The notes under the pieces are model-generated. The model did no database searches. It was not told where the DNA came from and saw nothing but the letters and a program-made list of their open reading frames with translations. The position numbers were made by a program, and so were the translations under genes. Shown here piece by piece: positions 40,654 through 53,100 of a stretch of DNA of 64,000 bases (the stretch's first letter is position 1; every line of letters starts with the position of its first letter). Location: positions 15,492,861 to 15,556,860 of the forward strand of contig OZ316892.1 in the NCBI GenBank assembly GCA_973895155.1, read 5' to 3'. Source of the DNA: Marsupella aquatica (taxonomy: Eukaryota; Plantae; Marchantiophyta).

Positions 40654-43600
40654 TGTGACGCCGCCGGTACGACAAGTAATGAGCAATTTGGTCTAAACCG
40701 TGCCTAGCATGCGCGTTAGGGGTATCTTAGGCCGCTATGATTAGCATAACGACAGTACTTAGGTAGCCATTATGAGTAGGAAATCATTAGTCAATAAGGG
40801 GAATTCATGTTCGGGCTGGCGGCGCGTCGCCATTCGCACGTCCGGGTTACGAGCGTGGAGGGGCCCCTCCCTCGGGTCCATATAACAAACTTTGGGAGGC
40901 GTCCACTGACACGTGGTGACTCAGACCGGCGGAGTGGCCGGTACACTACAAGCGTGAACGGTTCAGCCTATAGGCAGTGAGGAGATGTTGGGGGATCGGC
41001 AAGCCCTCAAGGTATAAAAAGGGAGCCGACCCTTTGGAGTGCACCAGTCCATCAGTCCACGCGCCAGCTTCGACTCCAGCTCTCTCGTTCGCTCTAAGTC
41101 GCCACTACTATCTACTCTGAATGTCGCACACGATCCTCTCCAGCTCGGCCATTCGATTCTGGACGCAGTTCCTATCTACCGGAAGGCACTTGGCCGACTC
41201 ATTGAAACACGCCAACCCGCGCCGATACGAAATCGAACGCGAGTATGAGAGAGCCATCCGCCTAGCAGGACGACACCACTACATCCTTAACTTTGACTAC
41301 CCATCTCAGAGCGAGCTTTACCGACCAGCAGAGGTATCTGGGTACTTCTTCAACGGAGACAAATATATTGGTTTCTGGGAAGCATTGCTTCGGCTTCCGG
41401 ATGAGGTCTTCAATATCCCGGGTACGATCGACTTGCAACGACATCACTTTGACCACATCCCTGCTCAGGTTCGGGCTATCATCAACAGCGAGTCCAGCCC
41501 TACCCGTTCGACAAGGTCGTTCGCACTTGCTTCGGAGAACTTCTACCAGCACCTGTAGAGCTTCATGGAAACTAGACCCGCAACCACCAGCGCCAGCCCA
41601 GTGGACCCCATACCCGTACCCGTACCAACGCAGACTCAGGCTCAGGGTCAGCTTCAGTCTCAGCCTCAGCCTAGCCAACCCCCACCGCCAATCGCCCCAC
41701 CAGCAGTACAAGTACGCTCCGTCATCAACGCTGTGGACCTTAGCGATGATGACGAGGCTACCCCACCCTTGCTCAGGCGGCCCAGAGGAGTAAACACTCA
41801 GGGGGCCGACACTACATCGTCCCCTCCCCATGCTCGGACCCAAGGAGCGGCTCCAGCAGACAACACGGTGACCGTGGCCGCCCCGGGACCAATACTAACG
41901 GCGGTAGCACTACCTATGCCCGATCAAGAGGATGGGGAGGTGTCACCTTCCCCGAGCCAGTCACGGGGGAAGAAGAGGAAGGAACCCACCACTGCATCCG
42001 GGTTACCATTGGCCATGGTAGCCGTGGCCAAGGTAACAATGCACCGCATGGGGGAAAACGTGCATAAGAACATCCTCCATCCCAAGCATGCGGTGTACCT
42101 GAATACTCAGGGATTCGAGCACCTCGCCGCTCTGCCCTAGAACACTTGCAGGTACTACGGGGAGGACATGACAGAATTCGTCAAGAATTATGATGACACA
42201 CGTCAGCATACTCGGCTGCGGGGAAGGAATATGTCCCTCACGGAAGAACGGCTCAAGATGATCTTCGGATTACCCGAAGGTGACCATCGAGTCGAATCAT
42301 GGGCTCCCGGGGGCAAGGGAGCCAAGTACCAATCCTTGAGTTTTCCCTCTGAAGGAGCAGTGGACAACGGGTTCGTGATGAGGACCTGCCTCATCCCCGA
42401 GATAGCTGAGCGACTGGAGTTCCAGAGGTACGCCCTCCACATGATGGAACCCCGGGGGGAGATCTCCGCCGCCCAGGTTATCCAGGTCGAGAACTCTCGA
42501 CCTAGGAAGTGGGCATCGTACTTCGCTAAGAAATTCCATGAAGAGATGGAGCGGCGAAGGAAGATGCTGTACATTGGCAGGAAGGCGTATTTCGCTAGCC
42601 ACATCGAGATCATTCTTGAGTGGTACGCTCGGTTTGATCAACGAACCCTTCCCCGTGTCAATGTTACAAAGCTGGTCCCAGCTAGGTGGGTTTTCCCGGC
42701 CTTGGAGAGACGGCCCCAACCCGAGGCCCGAAGTCCAGCGGACACGCCAGCTTCACCCACCCCACCTCCACAAGTAGTTGTAGTCATAACCGAGGAGGTA
42801 CCGGATGGGTCGGTTATCGCAACCGTTGATGTGATCCAACAGGCCGAGCTAAGTACAGAAGTCGGTACGGCGGAGGTCTTACTCGAGCCCGGGTCTCCCA
42901 AAGACCCACCGGTGGCTATTTTGGAGAACCGGACATTGCTGCAGGAGGACACTCCAGCCCCTTCCAACATTACGTCCCCAAGGCTGGATGTCACTCCCCC
43001 AGCCCCCGCGCGTGTTGACGTCTGCCCGTGCCCAACTCCGGACAGGCACAACCTGGACCACCCGAAACTCTTCGTACCGGATACATTTCTGAACGGGCTT
43101 CTGGGAGATTTCTCTCATCAAATTGCCCGGGATACCGGGGAGTTCATGGCCCGGAAGGTAGTCTGTTTCTTCAATTAGGAGTTAGTTGCCGCAGTAAAGG
43201 CAGGTCAGGCCCAGTCAGAGGCCCTTCAGAGGATAGAGCGGTACCGGGTGGAGTCCGTATACTTAAAGAACGAAGTTGCGGCTCAAGAGGCTGAGCTTCT
43301 GCAACTACGACCCAAAGTTGCAACTGCTGATGATTTGTTAGCAAAGGCGCACGCCCTTACCGCCCTAGCCGAGTAGGCCAAAGCTGGGAACGAGGCCGAG
43401 ATTGCACGACTCCGGAACCAGATTGACAGTTTGAAGAATCAAACTGTCATCTGGCAGAAGGACCTGGAGGAGGCCAAAGAACGGGCCCAGCGGGACACTG
43501 CGGAGATAGCCACGCTACAGGCTGAAGTGGCACGGCTCCAAACTGAAGCCAAGAAGCAGGACCAGCTGGCGGGCAAGCTGACGAGCGACGCCCAGCAGCT

Positions 43601-44555
43601 AGAGGAGGCATGCCAGGAGGCCGCGGAGGAGACAGACGCGGCGAAGCGAGAGAACGAATCTTTGCTGGACCAGGTCCAGCTCCTCAAGGCAGACAACGAC
43701 AGACTTCGTAAGCAGCGGGATGGCCGCTCCCACTCGGGCAGCTCTGGCAAGCGTACCAGGCATTAGCGGCGGAGTAGAAATAGAATAGGGTTAGGAGTAG
43801 CTAGGTCAGGCTATTGGGATAGGCACCTGCCTTAGTTACAGCAGTACTGCCATGCTGTCCAGCCTACGTAGATTAGGATCTTCTAATAAGACACAACCGT
43901 TTTTCGGCTTGACAGTCAGATTAGTTAGGACCTAAGTCAGCGAATCTTTGGGTGGGAGGACACTCCGTTCCCCGGCCCTTAGTATTTAGTGCACCCCTCG
44001 GTAGAGGCAGGGGGGGTTTTTAGTCTCAGAGTTGGACATCCGTGATATGTGCGGGGAGTCCCGACCTCTAGGAGTGAAAGAGTACCAAGGGGAGGAGGTA
44101 GGACTAAGCTCGTCGGGCGAGTGCGGAGCCGGGCTCCGTTGTAGTATACTCTCTCGGCCTTGAACCTGTTCATTCCGGAGCTATCGAGTCAACCAAGTGT
44201 ACGCACATGTCCCCTATGTAGTAAAATCCTTTCCCATTATTTCCTTCATGTAAATCGAGATTGTATGCTCGTGCGCGTGTATGTGTGTATGAATCTCGTG
44301 TATAGGTGACAACGCCGGGCTGAACGCACTACCCGAGTCGTGCACGGGGTGCAGCTTGCGGGGATGTGGTTGCAAGCACGGGTTGAGGACCTGTATCATA
44401 GAATCCGGATCGAAGGCGGACAACACGAAGGCTTAGAAGTCCTTAAGCCGAGGTCGATCCTGTTATCGACTAAGGTACATTCCGGCAGCGGAACACAAAC
44501 CATACCTAGGAGATGTCCGTATCTAACAGTAGGCGCACTTAGCGGCGGCGTCACA
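40654..44555 (+). repeat. Left arm (position of the 3' LTR), bounded by a perfect 12-bp inverted repeat TGTGACGCCGCC..GGCGGCGTCACA
   Basis: Read directly from the sequence; TATAAAA at 41013-41019 points inward. Confidence 0.9.
41121..43766 (+). pseudogene. 882-codon arm-encoded ORF (Pro/Gln linker, plant-transposon extra-ORF-like domain, C-terminal coiled coil); 4 in-frame TAG stops
   Basis: ORFs at 41121, 41565, 42168 and 43431 share one frame, with stops at 41556, 42138, 43176 and 43374. EFVKNYD..LRGRNMSLTEERLKMIFGLP resembles the EFY.N..VRG..I.F....I...LGLP motif of plant retrotransposon accessory ORFs. Confidence 0.8.
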
Positions 44556-47500
44556 TAGCTCCCTGCTTAATTGTGAAGCGTCCTCGCGAACATCACTCTC
44601 GGCGTCATCGTCGTCTTGATGGTGGTACTTCCTTACACGATCGTAACTAACTCGCGTGGGGAGTAAATCGCCGGCGTACGTCGCAAGCTCCAACGATCCG
44701 TTAGGGTAGATCTGATTGACTAGGAAGGGCCCTAACCAACGGGTATGAAGCTTCCCTAGAAACTGCATGTACCTATTGTCGTACAGAAGGACTAGATCGC
44801 CTGTCACGACGTCGACCTTTCGTAGTCCTTTGTCATGCTATTTCTTGGAAGTTGTCTGCTTCATTACGGCGTGTCGAGCTGCTAGTAGCCGTGCCTCTTC
44901 CAAGGTTTCAATTTGATAAGCTCGGTCTGACGAACTTTCAGATTCAAGTAAGCGATCCCGAATGCTGACCCGTGGAGTGTGTACTTCAAACTCAACGGGC
45001 ACCAACGAATGTTGGCCGAACACGAGAAAGTACGGGCTATGACTCGTATTAGTTTTGTAAGCTAGATTATACGAGTACACCGCTGCGTACAACTTATCAT
45101 CCCAATCCGTTTTGTGCACAACTATAGTTTTGTTGAGGATCTTCCCAATGATACCATTTGCTCTCTCTGCCATCCTGTTGGCTTTAGGATGATACAGGGT
45201 AGTCTTGCGGTGCTTGACTAGGTAACGCTCCGTAAGTTGGGCTACAGTGTCATTGAGGAAGTGTGTTCCACGGTCGCTTACCAACTCTAAGGGTGGTCCA
45301 AACCGGGTGAAAATCTGTTCATATAAGAACCTGGCGCTGGTTGCGGCATCGTCCTTCATCGTAGCCCGTGCTTTGACCCACTTGGTGGAGTAATCAATAG
45401 CTAGCAGGATGTACTTGCATCTTCGTCTTCGGGTAACAGGAGTAAATGGCCCGATATAATCAATACCCCACTTTTCGAATGGTGCTAATGGAAGTACGGA
45501 CGTGAGAGGGTGATGATGAGCTCGTCTCGGGGCCCCAGCCCGCTGACACAGGTCACAGCCCTTGATGAAGCGTTGTACATCCCGATGCAACGTAGGCCAC
45601 CAATATCCGGAGTCCAGAATCTTTTCGGTTGTTGTGATAGCCGCGAAATGGCCTCCAGCTTCTTCTTCATGCAAGGCCCGCATCACGATAAGCGTCTCCA
45701 GCCTTATACTCCAAGCAGCGTCGTAACTTCCCATTAACTCCTTCCTTATGTAGGTGACCCTGTACCATGACGTAAGGCCCGGCTTTCCGTAGAAACACAA
45801 CGGTGGCTTCCTGATTAATGCCGTCAGGGATGCGGTCTGTCAAGAGGAAGGTGATTATTGAGCCGTACCACGTTGGCGTCCCCGCCCCTACGTGGAACAA
45901 CTCCTCATCCGGAAAAATATCATCAATTGGCTGATCGACTGGTACGCCGTCCAGCCTTGAAAAGAAGTCGGCATTGAGGTGTGCCTTTCCGGGCCGAACC
46001 CGAACTTTGTAGTTAAATTCCTGGAGAAGTAGCACCCACCGGGCTATCCGTCCCGTCCGCTTTGTTGACCATGTACTTAAGGCTATCATGATCCGTGTGG
46101 AATATGACCTTGTAGCCTAGCAGATAGTGTTGGAACTTTTTACACGAGTAGATTATTCCCAGAGCTTCTCGATCAGTGGGGGAATAATTCTTTTCGGCTG
46201 TGAATAATTGACGGCTAGCGAAGTAGATGGGGTGGTCGCGTCCGTTCTCATCAAGCTGACTGAGCACGGATCCAATACAGAACCCTAACACATCGACATA
46301 CACGTGGAACTCCTTATTCCAGTCCGGAGTGACCATGATAGGTGCGGTGGTGAGTCTTTTACGGAGTTCTTCGAAAGCAATCCGTCTCCTGGGTGTCTCC
46401 TTGATCACCGCGTCCTTTTTCATCATCTCAGTCAAGGGCAACGCTATTTTAGCAAAGTCTTTAATAAACCGACGGTAATACCCTACACAGCCCAAGAAGG
46501 ATCGTACCGCTTTTTGATCTATGGGAAACACCACCGCCATCCAGGCCGCGACCTTCTCTTGGTCCACCTCGATACCCCGTTTGGACATACGATGCCCGAG
46601 TAATACTCCCTCCTCTACCCCGAAAAAACATTTAGCGGGATGTAGTTTGAGTTTAACCTCTCGGCATCGTTGGAACGTACATCTTAGGTGTTCGGGGTGC
46701 ATGGCGACAGTTCCAAAGATGGCAAAGTCGTCGATAAATATCTCCAGAAATTCCCGTAGGAAATCATGGAAGATATTATCATGAGTCGCTGAAACATGGC
46801 CGGAGCGTTACACAATCCGAACGGCATTCTCCGAAATGCGAAAGTCCCCCATTCCGTAGTGAACGTTGTTTTGAGCTGATCCGAGAGGCGAATCCAGATT
46901 TGGTTATAACCCGAATACCCGTCAAGAAATGTATAAATTTCATTTCGGGCTACCATATCTAGAACCATATCCGTGAATGGTAACGGGTAATGGTCTTTTC
47001 GGGTCGCATTCAGCTTACGGTAGTCCTGACAAATCCGGATCTTAGGTTTTCTGTCCGTTCCTCCCTTTTTTGGTACAATGACGATGGGAGAGACCCAGTC
47101 GCTGGCCATTACCGGGTAGATGATATCTGCGGCGAGGAGACGATCAATTTCCTCCTTCACTAAGATGGAGTACCTTGGGTTCATGCGACGTTGTCGCTGC
47201 CGTACTGCATGGGCCCCCAGATTCAAATCGATCATGTGTTCTCCTAACTCGGGGGAGACTCCTGTTAAATCGTGATGGCTCCATGCAAACACATCTTCAT
47301 ATTCCTTGAGCAGAGCTTGGATAGATTTTTCCGCCTCCCTTGTCAGAGCGTGGCCTAGGTTAAACGATTTATCCATCCCAATGGTGTACTTCCGGTAGTG
47401 CTCCTTCCTGATGACTTCAACCTGGTTCCGCAAGCTTGGGTCTAGGCTCACATCAAGTTCAGCTAACCAAAATCCTCCGTACATGGGTGGAACCAGGATT

Positions 47501-50017
47501 GGTCTCGGGATTGGAGTTACTTCCTCCAACTGCGGGATGGACGGATCCCAGGAGACTCGTTTCTTATGTCTTGGTCTCGGGGTTTCAGCCCCGGCCGGTT
47601 GTTTGGCTGGTTCATGGTCATGAGGCTCTGCACTGGTAGAAGCAACATCGGCTTCCTGCTTAGCTGGAGCCGGGTCCTCCGTATCGATGAGTTGTTTTTG
47701 CGTTTCCTCATCCCGGGCAGTAGAGGTGCTTGGGGTGGGCTCAATAGCAGCCTTCGGGTAATTCAGGAGATGTGTTTCGCGGGTTGCCTCAATTCCGAAG
47801 ACATCTTCCTTGGACAGGGACGAGATGAGTTCAATCATGTTGAGTTCCTCTTCCTCCAAGGTCTCCAAATCATATTCCTTGGGTCCCTGTGGGGTTTCGC
47901 CCTGATAATCATCCATTGCCCATGATACCCGTATTGTGGGTGTCCCGAACCGTAGCTCCTTCTTTCCCCAATCCGTGACCACACGGCCACCGTACAGCCA
48001 CGGCCTGCCTAGGAGGACCGGATAAGAGGAGGGCCGAACCGGCCTCATGACTAGGAAGTTGAGATAGAACTCCACCCCTCCTACCAGAGTGAGTACCCGT
48101 GTAAGCGTGCCCAATGGAAGTACCCTTGCCCCGTTTGCTAATCTGATAGCTCGGGCTGTGGGTTGATACGTGAGGTATCCTAACTTGATTGACGTTTCTT
48201 CCGTCATGATGTTGACTCCCGCTCCTCCGTCTACGAGAACCATCCTGATGGTACAATTATTAATTTCAATCGAGATGTCCGGCGCTCCCAGGTCCTCGCA
48301 TATCATGTTGCGCCACGTCCACCAGATTCACCCACTCGGTGTTGTCATCTTGCCATTCCACCGCAATCATTTGGATGACCGCATCACTCGTGGCCGATCC
48401 GCCCTGGGCTGGTCTTGCTGCATTTGTTCGAGCGGCCATTACCAATGGACAGTTGGCCGTGGAATGAGCTTCCGTTTTGCAGACTTGACAAAGTGGCGTG
48501 CCACGGCCATCCCCCTGGCGTCTTGGTTCTGTGCATTCCCTCGCAAAATGGCCTGGCTTCTCACAGTTGTAACAAACCGGGGATCACCAAATCCCTGGTT
48601 TAGGAGGAATGCTAGGGTTACTGATAACTTGGAAGCCTTGGCCATTGTTTGGGTAGGGGTATGCAGTTCTACCTGCTAAGTTACGCGGACCCACCATTGA
48701 AATCTGATACACCGAATCAGGAGGGTCTTCAAAGAAATACTCCGTGGACTCCGCTTCAGGTCCCGGGTTGTCGACATCATCTAAGTCCACCTGGTGAACT
48801 CGGTTCTTCCATCTTGGGCATTCTTGCACGACATGCCCGGATTGGAAGCACGTTGAACACCACGCATGGGCTTGAATCTCAGATGGTTTCTTCTTCTCCA
48901 CCGGCTTTTCTGCGAGATGTACTGATAGTGCTTTGAGGCGATCCGTGATTTTGTTAAGCTTATCTGCTTCGGCAGCCTTTGGATCGGGTATTGCTCTGCG
49001 AGTACGAGATTTGATTTTCCCCTCCTTCTTAACCCGCCTTTTCTTCTTCTTGCTCCGACTCTCACTCTCCGAATCACTTCCTGATGAGCTGGAGGTGGAG
49101 GACCCACTGTTCGAAGTTGAATCCGAACTAGATTCAGTCTCCGAACTGGACGAGGTCGAACGATGTTTCTTCTTCTTCTTGCGTTTCTTCTTCTTCTCGT
49201 CGTCTGATTCGGAGTCATTGTCACTGAAGATCTCGTACTTGCCCTTCTTGCGGCGTGCCCGCTGGCTTCGCCGGGAGTTATAGGTGGACTCCCGGTAGGT
49301 TTTGGCGCACGCTATGGCTGCTTGCATTGAAATTGGATTATTCTGGCGCACCCAGAATTGCATATTCGTGGGCAAACCATGGAGGAACCATGTAAGCTGG
49401 AGTGCGTCACCAGGCCTGGGCCGTATTTTGGCAGCAAGTTTCTGAAACTTCTGAATGAACTTTTGTAGGGACTCCTTTTTTCCCATGCGAAGCTGGCCGA
49501 TCTTTAATAGAGAGCGCTGCTTGGATCCAATAGCATGAATTTCTTGCAACAACGCAGCTTGGAATTGTGCCCATGTAGTCCCGGGTGGCAACGAGTTGTA
49601 CCATGGACGAGCTTCTCCCCGCATCACTCCGGGGAGGATGGTTAACTTAATGGCGTCTTCCCCGTTAGCCTTAGCAGTGGCTTCAAACTCATCCAACCAT
49701 TCATCCGGGTCATCCCCATGACGCCCTTTGAAAGGTCGATAATGAAACCACGATCGTTGCGATATTTGTGGAGGAGCTTGGGCAGCGCGGGCCATCGGTG
49801 GGGCGGCTACCATAGGTGGTGGCGGTGGTGGCGGTGGTGGCACAGGAACCGCAGTAGGACCGGTCAAACCGGACCCCGAAGGTCCCGGTGGTATGTTCAT
49901 TCGTCGGGGAGATTGTGAGTCCTCCGAGCCCGAAGAATCGGAGCTTGTTGTGGTTGCACCTTCTCGTTCGCTGGTCAATCTCCTCAAGTAAGCTGCTTGA
50001 GAACGAGTGACGGGCAT
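44523..50017 (-). pseudogene. gag-pol (GAG-PR-RT-RH-INT order, no chromodomain seen) with frameshifts and stops
   Basis: WCSTCFQSGHVVQEC, VDGGAGVN, WVSPIVIVPKK, FLDGYSGYNQI, MPFGLCNAP, YFASRQ, HEEEAGGH..CDLC, WGIDYIG/SDRGTHF/AERAN, WLGPF. Confidence 0.95.
44556..44570 (-). other. Polypurine-tract-like sequence
   Basis: Minus strand AAGCAGGGAGCTA directly precedes TGTGACG at 44555, just after the integrase GPF region. Confidence 0.55.
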
Positions 50018-50110
50018 TTACTCGTGTAAATGCGATGGTTAGTACTAGGGCCTGGTGTATTCTGCCCAGGCGAATACACACATGTCTCCCCTCTACGATA
50101 TGTAGAGTGC

Positions 50111-50128
50111 CCCTTCCATCTAGCGCCA
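50111..50128 (-). other. Primer binding site, tRNA-Asn type
   Basis: Minus TGGCGCTAGATGGAAGGG, about 2 mismatches to the recalled plant tRNA-Asn 3' end CCCCTCCTTCTAGCGCCA; ~95 nt upstream of the gag ATG. Confidence 0.75.
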
Positions 50129-50141
50129 AAAACAAAGGCTA

Positions 50142-53100
50142 TGTCACGTCATCAGCCTTGGCCTAAACTCAGGCTTCAACTTTAAACGGGCACCTCCTTC
50201 GTAAATATGAGGGTTCGGGCAGGGAGGGAAGCGCGTAATGCACCTAATTCACGTAAACTAGTGCTAAGTGCGCCTACTGTTAGATACGGACATCTCCTAG
50301 GTATGGTTTGTGTTCCGCCGCCAGAACGTACCTTAGTCGATAATAGGATCAACCTCGGCTTAAGGACTTCTAAGCCTTCGTGTTGTCCGCCTTCGATCCG
50401 GATTCTATGATACAGGTCCTCAACCCGTGCTCGCAACCACATCCCCACAAGCTGCACCCCGTGCACGACTCGGGTAGTGCATTCGGCCCGACGTTGTCAC
50501 CTATACACGAGATTCACACACACATACACGCGCACGAGCATACAATCTCAATTTACATGAAGGAAATAATGGGAAAGGATTTTACTACATAGGGGACATG
50601 TGCGTACACTTGGTTGACCTGATAGCTCCGGAATGAACAGGTTCAAGGCCGAGAGAGTATACTACAACGGAGCCCGGGTCCGCACTCGCCCGACGAGCTT
50701 AGTCCTACCCCCTCCCTTGGTACTCTTTCACTCCCAGAGGTCGGGACTCCCTGCACATACCACGGATGTCCAACTCTGAGACTAAAAACCCCCCTGCCTC
50801 TACCGAGGGGTGCACTAAATACTAAGGGCCGGGGAACGGAGTGTCCTCCCACCCAAAGATTCGCTGACTTAGGTCCTAACTAATCTGACTGTCAGGCCAA
50901 AAAACGGCTGTGTCTTATTAGAAGATCCTAATCTACGCAGGCTGGACAGCATGGCAGTACTGCTGTAACTAAGGCAGGTGCCTGTCCCAATAGCCTGACC
51001 TAGCTACTCTTAACCCTATTCTATTCCTACTCCGCCGCTAATGCCTGATACGCTTGCCAGAGCCGCCCGAGTGGGAGCGGCCATCCCGCTGCTTACGAAG
51101 TCTATCGTTGTCTGCCTTGAGGAGCTGGACCTGGTCCAGCAAAGATTCGTTCTCTTGCTTCGCCGCGTCTGTCTCCTCCTGGCATGCCTCCTCCAGTTGC
51201 TGGGCGTCGCTCGTCAGCTTGCCCGCCAGCTGGTCCTACTTCTCGGCTTCAATTTGGAGCCGTGCCACTTCGGCCTGTAGCGTGGCTATCTCCGCAGTGT
51301 CCCGTTGGGCCCGTTCTTCGGCCTCCTCCAGGTCCTTCTGCCAGATGACAGTTTGATTCTTCAAACTGTCAATCTGGTTCTGGAGTCGTGCAATCTCGGC
51401 CTCGTTCCCAGCTTTGGCCTGCTTGGCTAGGGCGGTAAGGGCGTGCGCCTTTGCTAACAAATCATCGGCGGCTGCAACTTTGGGTCGTAGTTGCAGAAGC
51501 TCAGCCTCTTGAGCCGCAACTTCGTTCTTTAAGTATACGGACTCCACCCGGTACCGCTCTATCCTCTGAAGGGCCTCTGACTGGGCCTGACCTGCCTTTA
51601 CTGCGGCAACTAACTCTTGATTGAAGAAATAGGCTACCTTCCGGGCCCAACGGGAAGCCCGTTCAAAAATGTACCCGGTATGAAGAGTTCCGGGTGGTCC
51701 AGGTTGTGCCTGTCCAGAGTTGGGCACGGGCAGACGTCAACACGCGCGGGGGCCAGGGCAGTGACATCCAGCCCTGGGGACGTAATGTTGGAAGGGGTTG
51801 GAGTGTCCTCCTGCAGCAATGTCCGGTTCTCCGAAATAGCCACCGGTGCTTTGGGAGACCCGGGCTCGGGTAAGACCTCCGCCGTACCAACTTCTGTACT
51901 TAGCCCGGCCTGTTGGGTTGCATCAACGGTTGCGATAACCGACCCATCCGGTACCTCCTCGGTTACGACTACAGCTACTTGTGGAGGTGGGGTGGGTGAA
52001 GCTGGCGTGTCTGCTGGACTTCGGGCCTCGGGTTGGGGCCGTCTCTCCAAGGCCGGGAAAACCCACCTAGCTAGGACCAGCTTTGTAATGTTGACACGGG
52101 GAAGGGTTCGTCGATCAAACCGAGTGTACCACTCAAGAATGATCTCGATGTGGCTAGCAAAATACGCCTTCCCGCCAATGTACAGCGTCTTCCTTCGCCG
52201 CTCCATCTCTTCATGGAATTTCTTAGCGAAGTACGACGCCCACTTCCTAGGTCGATAGTTCTCGACCTGGATAACCTGGGCGGCGGAGATCTCCCCCCGG
52301 GGTTCCATCATTTGTAGGGCGTACCTCTAGAACTCCAGTCGCTCAGCTATCTCGGGGATGAGGCAGGTCCTCATCACGAACCCGTTGTCCACTGCTCCTT
52401 CTGAGGGAAAACTCGAGGATTGGTACTTGGCTCCCTTGCCCCCGGGAGCCCGTGATTTGACTCGATGGTCACCTTCGGGTAATCCGAAGATCATCTTGAG
52501 CCGTTCTTCCGTGAGGGACATATTCCTTCCCCGCAGCCGAGTATGCTGACGTGTGTCATCATAATTCTTGACGAATTCTGTCATGTTCTCCCCATAGTAC
52601 CTGCAAGTGTTCCAGGGCAGAGCGGCGAGGTGCTCGAATCCCTGAGTCTTCAGGTACACCGCATGCTTGGGATGGAGGATGTTCTTATGCACGTTTTCCC
52701 CCATGCGGTGCATTGTTACCTTGGCCATGGCTACCGTGGCCAATGGTAACCCGGATGCAGTGGTGGTTCCTTCCTCTTCTTCCCCCGTGACTGGCTTGGG
52801 GAAGGTGACACCTCCCCATCCTCTCGATCGGGCATAGGTAGTGCTACCGCCGTTAGTATTGGTCCCGGGGCGGCCACGGTCACCGTGTTGTCTGCTGGAG
52901 CCGCTCCTTGGGTCCGAGCATGGGGAGGGGACGATGTAGTGTTAGCCCCCTAAGTGTTTAGTCCTCTGGGCCGCCTGAGCAAGGGTGGGGTAGCCTCGTC
53001 GTCGTTGCTAAGGTCCACAACATTGATGACGGAGCATACTTGTACTGCTGGCAGGGCGATCGGCGGTGGGGGTTGGCTAGGCTGAGGCTGAGACTGAAGC

